Positions 9,383-19,632 of a stretch of 54,548 nt of DNA are shown here, piece by piece. How positions within the stretch are numbered: the stretch's first letter is position 1; every line of letters begins with the position of its first letter. Origin of the DNA: Ruminococcus sp. (GTDB lineage: Bacteria; Bacillota; Clostridia; Oscillospirales; Ruminococcaceae); NCBI GenBank assembly GCA_012718885.1, contig JAAYBK010000357.1, positions 1 through 54,548 of the forward strand. Direction: 5' to 3'. The notes beneath the pieces were generated by a model. The model made no database searches. It saw only the letters and a program-made list of their open reading frames with translations, and was not told the DNA's origin. The position numbers and the translations under genes are program-made.

Positions 9383-9850
9383 ATGAACATAATTCAAATA
9401 AACGACAGATCACAAAAGCAAACTATCGCAAGACAGATCCTCGAAGCACTTCACGAATGGTTCGAGATGCCCGAAGGCCGTGAACAGTATATCTCAGAAA
9501 GCGCAGATCAGCTTTTCTTTGCAGCATATGAGAATGATTCTCCCGTAGGCTTCATCGCTCTGAAAGCCACCAGTCCCCATACCGCAGAGATTGCTGTTAT
9601 GGGCGTACTGAAGGATCATCACCGCAGCGGCATAGGCGCTATGCTGTTCAATGCCGCTAAAAACGCAGCCGCCGAACAGGGATATAGCTTCATTCAGGTC
9701 AAGACCGTGAAAATGGGCGTATATGAGGACTACGACCGCACCAACCGCTTCTATCTCAGTCTCGGTTTCAGGGAACTGGAAGTGCTCCCTATATGGGACG
9801 AGGCCAATCCGTGCCAGATATACATAATGTACATTGGCAGCAAGGAGTGA
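9383..9850 (+). CDS. GNAT family N-acetyltransferase
   Basis: HHRSGIG acetyl-CoA motif, RFYLSLGF; start moved to MNIIQIND after GGAGG. Confidence 0.88.
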   Translation: MNIIQINDRSQKQTIARQILEALHEWFEMPEGREQYISESADQLFFAAYENDSPVGFIALKATSPHTAEIAVMGVLKDHHRSGIGAMLFNAAKNAAAEQGYSFIQVKTVKMGVYEDYDRTNRFYLSLGFRELEVLPIWDEANPCQIYIMYIGSKE

Positions 9851-9855
9851 AGAAA

Positions 9856-10368
9856 ATGCTGACTTTAAGGCCTGCAAACCTTGACGATATAGAACAGGAA
9901 TATCTCTTCGTAAAGGATATACCCGCCGACGAGAACGGCTACATAAACGAATGGCACGGGATATCCCGTAGAAAATTCGACAAAGCCCTTGCCGTGATGA
10001 TAGCACAGTCAGAGGGAAGAGAGCTGCCGGATGGTTATGTTCCGGCAACATATTATTTCCTGTGGGATAACGACACTATCGTGGGGCAGTTCCATTTCCG
10101 GCATTTCCTCTCACCGTCACTGGTAAGCGGTGCCGGACATATAGGCTACTACATCGCCCCCGGATACAGGGGAAAAGGCTTCGCCTCTGCCGGACTGAGA
10201 CTGCTTATGAAAGCTGTCAGAGATACCGTCCCCGAGAACGAGTTCTATCTCAGGGTAAACGCAGACAATCCGGCATCCCTCAGGGTGATGCTGAAAAACG
10301 GCGGATATATCCACCATAAGGGCTGCGATAAATACTACGTGCGGATACCAAAGGAGACCGTAAAATGA
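9856..10368 (+). CDS. GNAT family acetyltransferase
   Basis: GHIGYYIAPGYRGKGFA, NPASLRVMLKNGG; start MLTLRPA. Confidence 0.88.
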   Translation: MLTLRPANLDDIEQEYLFVKDIPADENGYINEWHGISRRKFDKALAVMIAQSEGRELPDGYVPATYYFLWDNDTIVGQFHFRHFLSPSLVSGAGHIGYYIAPGYRGKGFASAGLRLLMKAVRDTVPENEFYLRVNADNPASLRVMLKNGGYIHHKGCDKYYVRIPKETVK

Positions 10369-10889
10369 TATTGCTTATACTTGACGCACAAAAGCTCATC
10401 ACCAACGATAAGCTATATAACTTTCCCGTATTTGAGAGCCGGGTGCGGCAGCTCATCTCCTGTGCCCGTGAAAACGGGACTGAGGTCATCTTCGTCCGCC
10501 ATGATGACGGAGAAAACGGCCCTCTGAAAAAAGGGACAGAGGGATTTGAGATATACAACGGCTTCCGGCCGCTGGAAAATGAGCGGATATTCGACAAGAC
10601 CGTAAATAGTCCTTTCCGTGACACCGGACTGCTGGAATACCTCCGTGAAAAGGGCGAGGATACTATAATGCTCGCCGGCCTTCAGACCGATTACTGCATG
10701 GATGCCGCAGTGAAAGCCGGTTTCGAGCACCGTTTCCGCATGGTCATCCCGGAAGGTACGAACTCCACCTTCGACAACGGATTCATGTCAGCCGCCGATA
10801 CCTGCCGTTATTACAATGATTTTATGTGGAACAGGAGATATGCGGAATGTATCCCCTTCGACAAGGCTCTTGCCCTGCTTAAAGAATAA
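10365..10889 (+). CDS. Isochorismatase-family cysteine hydrolase
   Basis: LLILDAQ, KTVNSPF, GLQTDYCM. Confidence 0.9.
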   Translation: MILLILDAQKLITNDKLYNFPVFESRVRQLISCARENGTEVIFVRHDDGENGPLKKGTEGFEIYNGFRPLENERIFDKTVNSPFRDTGLLEYLREKGEDTIMLAGLQTDYCMDAAVKAGFEHRFRMVIPEGTNSTFDNGFMSAADTCRYYNDFMWNRRYAECIPFDKALALLKE

Positions 10890-10930
10890 AAAAAGTCCTT
10901 ATGGAGACTGTCTCCGTAAGGACTTTTTAT
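10889..10930 (+). terminator. Intrinsic terminator (possibly bidirectional)
   Basis: aaaaagtccttatggaga/tctccgtaaggacttttt. Confidence 0.75.
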
Positions 10931-10991
10931 TTTGGTCAGGCTTATAAAATCTGACATAAGTGCGATGCTTATATAGCAGTTATATGTGAGA

Positions 10992-11060
10992 TATTGAGGG
11001 AAACCCTTTTGGAAAGGGGGTCGGGGAAGAACCTTTCCTCAGAAAGGTTTTCCCCGAGTA
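10992..11060. repeat. REP/MITE-like palindromic element, internally deleted copy
   Basis: 11022-11060 is the exact 39 bp reverse complement of 36443-36481. Confidence 0.8.
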
Positions 11061-11104
11061 GCTGGCATATACTGCTATATGAGTATCACACATATCCGGT
11101 GTTT

Positions 11105-12589
11105 TTATATAACACGCTTTCTTACAATGCTCTGCACTGCGAATTTACCGCTGGTAGCTGCAAGCGGAAGTCCGCCTGTAGGCTGGAGCCACTGGCTGGC
11201 AAGAAACGCATTCTTTATACCGGGTACAGAGGATTTCAGGTATATGCTCTTCTTGCCCTCTACAGGGATGAAGCTCATGTATGAGCCCTTGAAGGCTCCG
11301 CAGTAGCGCTTGAAGGTGATCGGAGTACAGGCGCTGAGGAACACAAGCTTTCCGTTCAGTTCAGGATACTTCTCTGTAAGTCTGCGGAGCAGTTCCTCTG
11401 AAATGCGCTTCTTTTCCTCAACATAGGCGCTGCGGTCTGCATGGAGCTCACGCCAGTGATCGTAATCAGTCTCGTCCTGCATTATGGTACACTGTATAAC
11501 TCTCTTTCCATCGGGATAAAGCGACTTGTCATAGTCGTAAAGCCTTGTGGAAACGAAGTCGTACTCCTTTCCGGCTGCGGTATACGGCTCGCACGAGAAC
11601 AGCTCAGAACCGCTCTCCATGGAGATTTCATCTGTTCCCACGATACCGAAGGCTGCTATGAATGCAGAGGATACCGGATAGCCGCTGCGGTCCTTATAAA
11701 GCTTTTTCAGCTTCTTCGGAGTGTACTTCTTATCGAGTATGTGGTTGAAGGTAACTATCGGATCACAGGCAAAAAGAAATGCGTCGGCAGTGACAACATC
11801 GCCGTTTTCAAGAGTTACTGACACTATATTTCCCTTCTGGACATCGGATGAGGCAACAGGCGAATTCAGGAACACCTTTCCGCCAAGGGACTCAAAACGC
11901 TCACGCATCCTCTTTATAAGTCCCATTGAACCACCCTCGGGGATAGCAGCGCTGCCACTGGTGAAGAATCCGTATGAGGTGATGAGAGATACCGCACTGT
12001 GATGCGGCTCATAGTAGCTGCGGATCATCTTCTGTATCGCAGGATGCTTGAAGTGCTCTGCAAGCTGTACAACAGTTTCCTTGCCGTGCTTCATGAGCAC
12101 TCTTCCCATTTCAGCCATGCTCATGCTGAATTTTATGTTGGCTATGATACCCATGTCAGCCATTGACTGCTCGCTGGGTACTACCACACATTCCGCACGC
12201 TTTACGCTGTCAAAGAATTCATTGATCGCCGCTTCGTCCTCCGGAGATACCTCCAGGAATTCCTTCCTGGATCTTTCGATATCTCTCCAGAAGCAGAGCT
12301 TCACGCCGTCAAATTCCCCTCTGTAGAAGAAATCCTCTCTGTAGAGCTCTATATCCTCTCCGAGAACACCGATATTGTTCCAGAGACCTCTCAGCTTCTC
12401 GCCCGGGCGACAGCCTGTGAGCCAGTGCATACAGTTATCTACAAGATAACCGTCTCTGTACCAGCCTGTACACTCTCCGCCCAGAACATTGTTCTTTTCG
12501 TATATTTCTACCTCAAGATCCTGCTGCAAAGCATATATGCCTGCGCTCAGACCGGATATGCCTCCGCCTATAATAACAACTTTTTTCAT
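11105..12589 (-). CDS. Phytoene desaturase (CrtI)-family FAD oxidoreductase
   Basis: GGGISGL...EKNNVLGG, PEGGS, TPITFKRY, QWLQPTGGLP. Confidence 0.85.
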   Translation of the reverse strand: MKKVVIIGGGISGLSAGIYALQQDLEVEIYEKNNVLGGECTGWYRDGYLVDNCMHWLTGCRPGEKLRGLWNNIGVLGEDIELYREDFFYRGEFDGVKLCFWRDIERSRKEFLEVSPEDEAAINEFFDSVKRAECVVVPSEQSMADMGIIANIKFSMSMAEMGRVLMKHGKETVVQLAEHFKHPAIQKMIRSYYEPHHSAVSLITSYGFFTSGSAAIPEGGSMGLIKRMRERFESLGGKVFLNSPVASSDVQKGNIVSVTLENGDVVTADAFLFACDPIVTFNHILDKKYTPKKLKKLYKDRSGYPVSSAFIAAFGIVGTDEISMESGSELFSCEPYTAAGKEYDFVSTRLYDYDKSLYPDGKRVIQCTIMQDETDYDHWRELHADRSAYVEEKKRISEELLRRLTEKYPELNGKLVFLSACTPITFKRYCGAFKGSYMSFIPVEGKKSIYLKSSVPGIKNAFLASQWLQPTGGLPLAATSGKFAVQSIVRKRVI

Positions 12590-12610
12590 AATTTTACTCC
12601 TTAATAAAGC

Positions 12611-13348
12611 TTATGCAGATACCATATCCGCAATATCATCTGCTATCTCATCCAGTGCCGGAAGCATATCTGTTCTCTTTGGTATTACCATACCTATGGA
12701 TACTCCGTCACGGGATACGGCCTGGAACGAATACTGGCCGAAATATCTGAAAGTACCCGTTACAAGCTCTCCCTCACGGCGTATCTCCGTAAGCTCAAGC
12801 AGCTTCGGCGAGAAGAAAAGACTGAGCTTCAGACATTTTATCAGTGCTTCTCTCACTGTCCAGAATATAGTGGTATCCAGCCCCAGCTCATCTACCGCCC
12901 TGCTCTCCTCTTCTGAGAGGGTGAGGCTGTTCTTCATCTCCTGTGACAGCTCTTTTTCCATATCTATACCTATGATGAGCTCATCGGGATATGCCACCGC
13001 TGCGGCAGCTCCTCCGGTATGAGTAACTGTCACCTGGAAGCGTCCTCCGGGCTCGTTCAATGCAAGAGGCTGGCTGAACACTCCCTTGCTGATGCTTATA
13101 TCGCCGATATCAGTACCGGCCAGCTCGGCAACCGCCTTCTTGGCAGCATATCTCCCTACTATAACATCATCTCTGTGCGAGGGCTTTCTTATGGGGGATA
13201 TGTATTTCATATCCTCGGTATCAAGGAAGGAAAGATCTTTCAGCTCACATCCGCCGTTCTTTCCGGCATAGGTGAATACAGCCCTGTATTCACTGTCTGT
13301 TGCTCTGAATCCAAGTCCGCAGCTCCTGCTGTTTATTTTCTGTTCCAT
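12611..13348 (-). CDS. 4'-phosphopantetheinyl transferase
   Basis: GRYAAKKA, VTVTHT, IGIDME, FWTVREALIK; start MEQKINS after GGAGG. Confidence 0.85.
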   Translation of the reverse strand: MEQKINSRSCGLGFRATDSEYRAVFTYAGKNGGCELKDLSFLDTEDMKYISPIRKPSHRDDVIVGRYAAKKAVAELAGTDIGDISISKGVFSQPLALNEPGGRFQVTVTHTGGAAAAVAYPDELIIGIDMEKELSQEMKNSLTLSEEESRAVDELGLDTTIFWTVREALIKCLKLSLFFSPKLLELTEIRREGELVTGTFRYFGQYSFQAVSRDGVSIGMVIPKRTDMLPALDEIADDIADMVSA

Positions 13349-13358
13349 ACTGACCTCC

Positions 13359-14840
13359 TTACTGCACTCCCGAAAATGGAATGCCCTCATTTGCACATAT
13401 ACGCTGTATAGCTGACTTTCCGCTGACCAGTGCGTCCGGGAGACCTCCCATTACGCTGAACCACTGTCCGGCAGCGTAAAGTCCGCTCAGTCCTTTTATT
13501 ATACCGCTGTGATACATCTTTGATGTGGCCGGAGTGAGCATGAAGCCCATATATGCTCCATGATATGCTCCGCAGTAGCGCTCATATGTCAGCGGCGTGG
13601 TAACATCGCACATCACCACTTTGCCCTTCGTCTCAGGGAAGAAACGATACAGATACTCAAGATATGCCTCTTTGATCTCTTCCTTTTTGCGGAGGTATTC
13701 CTCACGGGACAGACCGTACCATTTGCTGTAGTCGTATACGGTAAGGCCGGTCTTAACGACGCTGCATCCCTCCGGAGCGAAGTTCTTTTCGCTGCAATAG
13801 TTTGTGAAGAGCACGCTCTCTATAGTCTCGCCGGCTATCTCACGCTCATCTATGGCATATATCATCTTTGAAGGATATGCCGAAAGATCACATTCAACTC
13901 CGAAGGCTACCTGAGCTATGCTGCTTGTCCGGAAGCCCTCGCCGGTGTAGAAGCTGTCCAGCACCGGATCGCTGTACCTGCTTTTCAGCAGCTTATGGAG
14001 AGTGATATCCAGATCGCAGGTGGGCACTATATAGTCGCCGCTCACCGCTGTTCCGTCCTCAAGGACTATCCCCTCTACCCTGCCGTCATTGACTGTTATC
14101 TCAGCCACGGCCTTTCCGCAGTTCAGGACGCCGCCAAGGCTCAGGAAGCAGGCCTTCATATTGTCAGTGATACGCTGTGAGCCTCCTGCCGGCCAGCCTG
14201 CATGGCAGCCTGCCAGTGCTCCGAGCGTTACCAGTACTCCCTGCACCAGATTATCCTTGAAGGAGAACGAGAGTATCGCCTTCCTTATAAGCTCCGAGCT
14301 GAAGCGCTCTGTGTACTCTTCTGTGGTAAGGCTGCTGACCTTGTTCAGTGCCTTGAAGAGCTGCATCATATGCTTTATATGATCCCGACGCTCAGCAGGA
14401 TCCATTATATCCATAGGCTTCCTTGCCGGTACCTCAAACGAGCTCAGGTCATTTATTATGGCGATAAGCTCATCTATTGCCTCCGAATCCTCCGGGGAAA
14501 GCTCCTTGAGATGGGCTGAAAGTTTATCGGTATCACGATACCAGTACAATCTTCTGCCTTCATGCTCGATAACGGAGAATACGTCTGCAAATGTTATATC
14601 CTCATTTCTGAATGCGCCTGTTTCCAGCCACACATCATTTATCGCTGTACCGGGCTTTACTCCGGTGAGCCAGCTTATTGAGCCGTCTATGGTATAGCCC
14701 TTTCTCTTCCAGGCTATACATTCACCGCCGGCATTTATGTTCTTTTCGTATATCTCGCAGCTGAATCCGTTCTTCAGGGCGTATATGCCAGCCGAAAGTC
14801 CGGATATACCTGCGCCGATGACAATTACCTTTTTCATCAT
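13359..14840 (-). CDS. Phytoene desaturase (CrtI)-family FAD oxidoreductase
   Basis: GAGISGL, PAGGS, TPLTYERY, GQWFSVMGGLP. Confidence 0.85.
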   Translation of the reverse strand: MMKKVIVIGAGISGLSAGIYALKNGFSCEIYEKNINAGGECIAWKRKGYTIDGSISWLTGVKPGTAINDVWLETGAFRNEDITFADVFSVIEHEGRRLYWYRDTDKLSAHLKELSPEDSEAIDELIAIINDLSSFEVPARKPMDIMDPAERRDHIKHMMQLFKALNKVSSLTTEEYTERFSSELIRKAILSFSFKDNLVQGVLVTLGALAGCHAGWPAGGSQRITDNMKACFLSLGGVLNCGKAVAEITVNDGRVEGIVLEDGTAVSGDYIVPTCDLDITLHKLLKSRYSDPVLDSFYTGEGFRTSSIAQVAFGVECDLSAYPSKMIYAIDEREIAGETIESVLFTNYCSEKNFAPEGCSVVKTGLTVYDYSKWYGLSREEYLRKKEEIKEAYLEYLYRFFPETKGKVVMCDVTTPLTYERYCGAYHGAYMGFMLTPATSKMYHSGIIKGLSGLYAAGQWFSVMGGLPDALVSGKSAIQRICANEGIPFSGVQ

Positions 14841-15592
14841 ACTGCCTGCCTGTCAAGAAAGACCGATCTGTCCATGAACTCGTCGCAGTCATGGCCGCAT
14901 ATGACCTGATCGCATTTTCCCGAGATAAGGTTAAGCCTTTCCAGCGAATCGGCTGCCTGCTGCTTCTTGAACGGATAGGGCGGCACTCTGTTGGACTTCA
15001 TATTGTCCCATGAGTATACTGCATCGCCTGTGAGGAGAAGTCTCTTTTCACGGCCTGTGAGTATCAGGGACTGATGTCCGGCGGAATGTCCCGGTGTCTG
15101 TATAAGCTTCATGCAGGGCATACCGTCTATGTTCATATCCTCAGATGTCCAAACAACATTGGATGCGTCCTTCAGAAAATCGTGATCCTGTACCTTGTAT
15201 TCAAAGCTGCGCTCCGAGCCCTGTGCGTATTCATACTCCCTGCGGTTCACATACAGCGGAACATCGGTGCCTTCAAACACTCTCAGGCCTCCGGCATGGT
15301 CGAAATGGAGATGAGAGCAGATAACGCCTTTCAGATCCCCGGGTTTGATCCCGTGCTCTGCAAGCTTGCTTCTGAGCATATGCTCAGGGTATACCTTAAC
15401 GTCCATGAACACCACCAGGTCTTCCATGATAGCCTTGATATCGCTTATAAACAGAGTGTTGAGACCTGTGTCGAAAAGGTATATGCCGTTTTCGGTATAT
15501 ATCAGATAAGAGTATACTTTAAGTGCCTCTTTTTTGTATTTGAATCCCACCTCGCCCATAAACATGGGGATCACATTGGAAACATGATTCAT
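14837..15592 (-). CDS. Metallo-beta-lactamase-fold hydrolase, N-acyl homoserine lactonase (AiiA)-like
   Basis: SHLHFDHAGG, TPGHSAGHQS, TGDAVY, GHD. Confidence 0.85.
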   Translation of the reverse strand: MNHVSNVIPMFMGEVGFKYKKEALKVYSYLIYTENGIYLFDTGLNTLFISDIKAIMEDLVVFMDVKVYPEHMLRSKLAEHGIKPGDLKGVICSHLHFDHAGGLRVFEGTDVPLYVNRREYEYAQGSERSFEYKVQDHDFLKDASNVVWTSEDMNIDGMPCMKLIQTPGHSAGHQSLILTGREKRLLLTGDAVYSWDNMKSNRVPPYPFKKQQAADSLERLNLISGKCDQVICGHDCDEFMDRSVFLDRQAV

Positions 15593-15594
15593 TG

Positions 15595-16932
15595 TTATGA
15601 CCTCCTGTCAGCTGTGAGTTTGCAGAAGAGCTTGTTGGCTGTATAAAGGCAGCCGAAGAATCCGAATGTAGCGCTCCAGTTGCCGGTGACATAAATGCCG
15701 GGCAGCTTTTTGTCTATACTGTAGATAAGGTTTGCATCAAGGTTGTTCCTTGCATTGCGCTTCCAGCCGAATACAGCTCCGTTTTCATTGAGGGTGCGGT
15801 TCTCTCTCTCAGAGGGAGAACATACACATACCGGATGGATAAGCTCCTTTCCGATACAAAGCGTATCGGATATCTCACTGATGAGCCTTTCGTTGTCCCA
15901 CTGAGGCTGGCTGCTGTCTGTAACGCAGGTCAGCATAACGCTGCACTCATCAGATTCAAGGGTGGACATTATGTAGCCGTCTGCTCCGAGGCGTATGTGC
16001 TCCATGCGGCTCAGCGGAACGTCTGTCCGGAAGTAGTAGCGGTATGCGGAAGGACCTGTCTCCATGCCGAATATCTTCCTGAAAGAAGTATCATTCATGC
16101 CGGTATGTTCGCAGTACTCTTCAAGTATCCTGCGGAAGCTGCCTGCGAATATGACCTTATCCGCCTCTGATACAGCACCGCTGCCATCATACACAGTATA
16201 TCTGCCGCTCTCATCGTCTCTTCTTATCCTTGAAGCCTGTATGCCGGTCATTATATTTACATTTTCCATACCGGCAGCCTTTTCCGCAAGCTTTTCCGTA
16301 AGGGCTCCGCAGTCCATATAGTATGCGCCTTTTCCGTAGGTGGCAGCAAGCGAAGCAAAAGTGAACGCTGAATCCGCATCGGTAACTCCGCCGTAGGACG
16401 GACCAAGGAATGAGAGAAGAGCTATCAGCTCCTCATTGCTGAAATACTTCTCCAGGAAGCTCCTGAAGGACTTTCCGGCAAGCTTTACAAAGTAGCCCTT
16501 GATCTGCCTGTCGTCGTCGGAATAAAGCGCCTCTGCGAAATCTGTCATAAAGCCGAAGTATGCTCTGAGTCCCTCTGCCTCCTCCGGGAATATCTCGCAG
16601 AGCTGACTGCACTGTTCATCCAGCCGCAGTGAAAGCTTATACTCCCTCTGTCCCGAAAGGATCCTCACTGTATCTGCACTCCGGAGCAGGCCTTCATCGG
16701 ATATGCCGAGGCCCCCGATGATTCCTGCCAGCAGTCCTCTGTCCGGAAGGCCGATGTGGTGTGCACCGTAGGGTGCGCCGCAGCCCAAATTCCGGAGATA
16801 TCCTCCGCAGTGCGTATTCTTTTCGATAAGATCTATCTGTTTTCCCTCAGCGGCAAGCAGGGCTGTTATGAGAAGGCCTGATATACCGCCGCCGATGACT
16901 GTGTATTTTTCTTTATCCATATCCATTTTCAT
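15595..16932 (-). CDS. Divergent CrtI-like FAD oxidoreductase
   Basis: VIGGGISGL...EKNTHCGGY, GAVFGW, GNWS; ATG overlaps the upstream TGA. Confidence 0.75.
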   Translation of the reverse strand: MKMDMDKEKYTVIGGGISGLLITALLAAEGKQIDLIEKNTHCGGYLRNLGCGAPYGAHHIGLPDRGLLAGIIGGLGISDEGLLRSADTVRILSGQREYKLSLRLDEQCSQLCEIFPEEAEGLRAYFGFMTDFAEALYSDDDRQIKGYFVKLAGKSFRSFLEKYFSNEELIALLSFLGPSYGGVTDADSAFTFASLAATYGKGAYYMDCGALTEKLAEKAAGMENVNIMTGIQASRIRRDDESGRYTVYDGSGAVSEADKVIFAGSFRRILEEYCEHTGMNDTSFRKIFGMETGPSAYRYYFRTDVPLSRMEHIRLGADGYIMSTLESDECSVMLTCVTDSSQPQWDNERLISEISDTLCIGKELIHPVCVCSPSERENRTLNENGAVFGWKRNARNNLDANLIYSIDKKLPGIYVTGNWSATFGFFGCLYTANKLFCKLTADRRS

Positions 16933-17312
16933 CCGAGATAATGTGTGCAGCTGCACCTGAATTCTGTTTTTTCCTCTTTCAGAACATCTATTTCTGTTTT
17001 GACATATTTACCAAAGCGCTTCTCAACAGCGGCGCAGTATCTGTACTTTGAAGCCTCATCAGCCTTTATAGCTGTGTACGGCACGCCCTCTATGTTTATC
17101 AGAAGTGCCTTTCCGGAAGCATCTTCGGTCTGGCGGAGACATATCTCGCCGGCCTGTCCGATGGATTCTATCCACATATGAAGGGGAACGCTGATCTCTC
17201 CTTCTATCCCCTTGAATCTGGGATGGCAGCTTACATTGCTGCCATTCAGCTCATATGTATCGATATAGACCATATTATTTCCCTGTGGAAGAAGTTTCTC
17301 ACCCGATAACAT
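16929..17312 (-). CDS. Hotdog-fold dehydratase-like protein (degenerate FabZ partner)
   Basis: LLPQ..M.YID and IESIGQA echo FabZ motifs; lacks GHFP. Confidence 0.55.
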   Translation of the reverse strand: MLSGEKLLPQGNNMVYIDTYELNGSNVSCHPRFKGIEGEISVPLHMWIESIGQAGEICLRQTEDASGKALLINIEGVPYTAIKADEASKYRYCAAVEKRFGKYVKTEIDVLKEEKTEFRCSCTHYLG

Positions 17313-17733
17313 AGGTCAGTTCCCCCTCCGCAGCACGCTTGCCGTCAACAGTGGCAGTTGCTCTTACCTTGACGAATTTTCCAAAGCGTGAAATAAGCTC
17401 GGTCTTTATGACAAGCTGATCACCGGGGTATACTGCCCTTACGAACTTAAAGCTGTCCACGCTGGCAAGCATACCGCCCTTTTTCCTGTCAGTCTCCTCC
17501 GGATCGTAGAACAGGAATCCGCCGGTCTGTGCAGAAGATTCTATAATGAGCGCTCCGGGATAGACCGGGTGCTCAGGGAAATGGCCTGATGCCCAGGGTT
17601 CATTCACGCTGACGTTCTTTACGCCTACCACATACTTTCCGTATTCGTATTCCTTTACACGATCGATCAGCAGAAAAGGATTTCTGTGCTGAAGCACCTG
17701 TATGATCTCTTCTATAGCTATCTCGTTGTTCAT
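17299..17733 (-). CDS. fabZ: 3-hydroxyacyl-ACP dehydratase
   Basis: HRNPFLLIDRV, GHFPEHPVYPGALIIESSAQ, VYPGDQL. Confidence 0.9.
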   Translation of the reverse strand: MNNEIAIEEIIQVLQHRNPFLLIDRVKEYEYGKYVVGVKNVSVNEPWASGHFPEHPVYPGALIIESSAQTGGFLFYDPEETDRKKGGMLASVDSFKFVRAVYPGDQLVIKTELISRFGKFVKVRATATVDGKRAAEGELTYVIG

Positions 17734-17762
17734 TACTATTTCTTCCTTTCGATTATTACTTT

Positions 17763-18767
17763 TCAGACCTCTGCAAGGGCATCCATGCCTGCTTTTTCAA
17801 GTTCTATGAGCTCATCTGTGAGCTTCAGCAGCGGCTCCTTGTCTATCTCTTCAGCCTCTGAGGCTGCATCCAGGAGCTTTGCAAATGTCCTCCATTTCCT
17901 GAAGCTCTGGGAGTATACTGATGACGCCCTGGCTATACAGGGGAGATCAAGTATCCTGTTGGCTTCGTCAAGGAACTGGCCGTACATACGTCTGAAATTG
18001 CCGCCGCCTGTTCCGACACGCTCGAAAAGCACACTCATCATGTAGCAGTTCTCACGGAGCAGGTCTGCGTCCATTTTGCCGAACCATCTTTCAAATTCCC
18101 TGCGGAATACCCTGAGGCCGTCATGTCCCATCTTGAATGCATACGGATGCATGATCTTGTGTACATTGCCTCTTATAGCTTCCCGCAGCATAGGCTCGTA
18201 GTCAATATTGCCGTCGTTGTTGAAGATAATGACCTTCCAGCGGTTAGACGGCTTTATAGGTGCGTCCTGGGAATCCCTTGCAGCTTCAAGCTGACTGAGC
18301 GGGACCTTTATGGGCTCCCACCACATATAGTCCAGAACATAGGCGTTTTCCTCGTCATAGCCTATCATTATCAGCGAATGCAGACCGAAGTGGAAAGGCC
18401 TTTTAAGGTTTAGCTTATCCTTTATGTAGTCAAGCTTCATCATGTCGACTTCGAGTATTACCGGAAGACCCATATCGATGAAGCTTTTGGCCGTCTCCAT
18501 TGCCTCTGCACTGTTGTCAGACGAGCCTTTAAGCAGCTTTCCGCCCAGCACATTGACGATCCCCTCTTCAAGGCACTCATTTCTGCCCGTAAAAAAGTGG
18601 TATCTGACAGAAGTGTATTTCTGATAGGTGAAACCAAGCCCGCCTGAAAGTCCGAAGCAGAATGCCTCGGAAAACGGATATCCGGCCGCATTTGTCAGTG
18701 TACGGAGGGCTGTTGTTGCACAATGAGAGCCGATACCGTGGTGTTTTGCTATATTTTCAAGTATCAT
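17763..18767 (-). CDS. BtrH N-terminal-domain protein (putative ACP-dependent acyltransferase)
   Basis: HCATTAL, FGLSGGLGF, HSLIMIGYD, GTGGGNFRRMY; start MILEN matches the paralog. Confidence 0.8.
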   Translation of the reverse strand: MILENIAKHHGIGSHCATTALRTLTNAAGYPFSEAFCFGLSGGLGFTYQKYTSVRYHFFTGRNECLEEGIVNVLGGKLLKGSSDNSAEAMETAKSFIDMGLPVILEVDMMKLDYIKDKLNLKRPFHFGLHSLIMIGYDEENAYVLDYMWWEPIKVPLSQLEAARDSQDAPIKPSNRWKVIIFNNDGNIDYEPMLREAIRGNVHKIMHPYAFKMGHDGLRVFRREFERWFGKMDADLLRENCYMMSVLFERVGTGGGNFRRMYGQFLDEANRILDLPCIARASSVYSQSFRKWRTFAKLLDAASEAEEIDKEPLLKLTDELIELEKAGMDALAEV

Positions 18768-19632
18768 TGCCTTTATCTCCGTTCCTGTAGTATTCATCCT
18801 GCCATACCGCCAGCGTTTCAGCTTCAGCATCAAATATCTTTGCGAGCAGTTCAGACTTCACCCCACCCGTATCAGATACTATCTCATCGTAAAGCTCTCT
18901 TATCCGTTCACCGCACTTATCAAGCGCTGCAATGTCCATATAGGAACGGAGAGCTCTTATCCAGTATGTCAGTTCTTCATACTCCGGTATGCCTTCGCCG
19001 GCTGCTGCAAGCTCCGCAAGCTTCACCGGATCATACCAGAAGCTGCTTCCGGCGGGAGCGGAACCCAGACGCCTGATATTGCGGAACATATGCCTGAGGC
19101 CGTTTTCCGCAAGTTCCTGTTTGTCCCTGAACACCGGAGCCATAAATCTGGGGCTGTTCATCATATACCAGGGCCTTGTACGGTTTATACGGTCGCTGCC
19201 CACTGTAATGACCTCTTTCTCCACCGGTGAGATTATATCGTAGGTATGGTCGTCATGCACCTTGCAGACGATAGCCAGATACTCCTTGTCCTCCCAGCGG
19301 ACGTATATCATCGGAGGAGCGATATTTATAGCGGAATTCCTCTTGATCTCGCTGTAAAAATTCTCCTCGTCGGTGTGGCAGTATTCCTCAAGATATATAC
19401 CTGTACAGCTGCACAGATCGCTGAGCCACTCCTCATTGAAAAGCCTTGGCTTTCCGAAGAGTATCCCTCTTTCATAGCAGCAGCCCATAATATACATCTG
19501 CTCCTCAGTAAGAACGAATCCGTCTGCACAGAGTTTTGTATGTGCCGCACTGAATTCCGGTCTTATGGCTGTATGCAGTATAAATTCCTTTTTCAGGCCG
19601 TTCTTGATCCTGATCTCCTTATCGTTCAGCAT
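18757..19632 (-). CDS. Hypothetical protein (possibly degenerate BtrH-like)
   Basis: Coupled to both neighbours; only weak resemblance. Confidence 0.6.
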   Translation of the reverse strand: MLNDKEIRIKNGLKKEFILHTAIRPEFSAAHTKLCADGFVLTEEQMYIMGCCYERGILFGKPRLFNEEWLSDLCSCTGIYLEEYCHTDEENFYSEIKRNSAINIAPPMIYVRWEDKEYLAIVCKVHDDHTYDIISPVEKEVITVGSDRINRTRPWYMMNSPRFMAPVFRDKQELAENGLRHMFRNIRRLGSAPAGSSFWYDPVKLAELAAAGEGIPEYEELTYWIRALRSYMDIAALDKCGERIRELYDEIVSDTGGVKSELLAKIFDAEAETLAVWQDEYYRNGDKGNDT

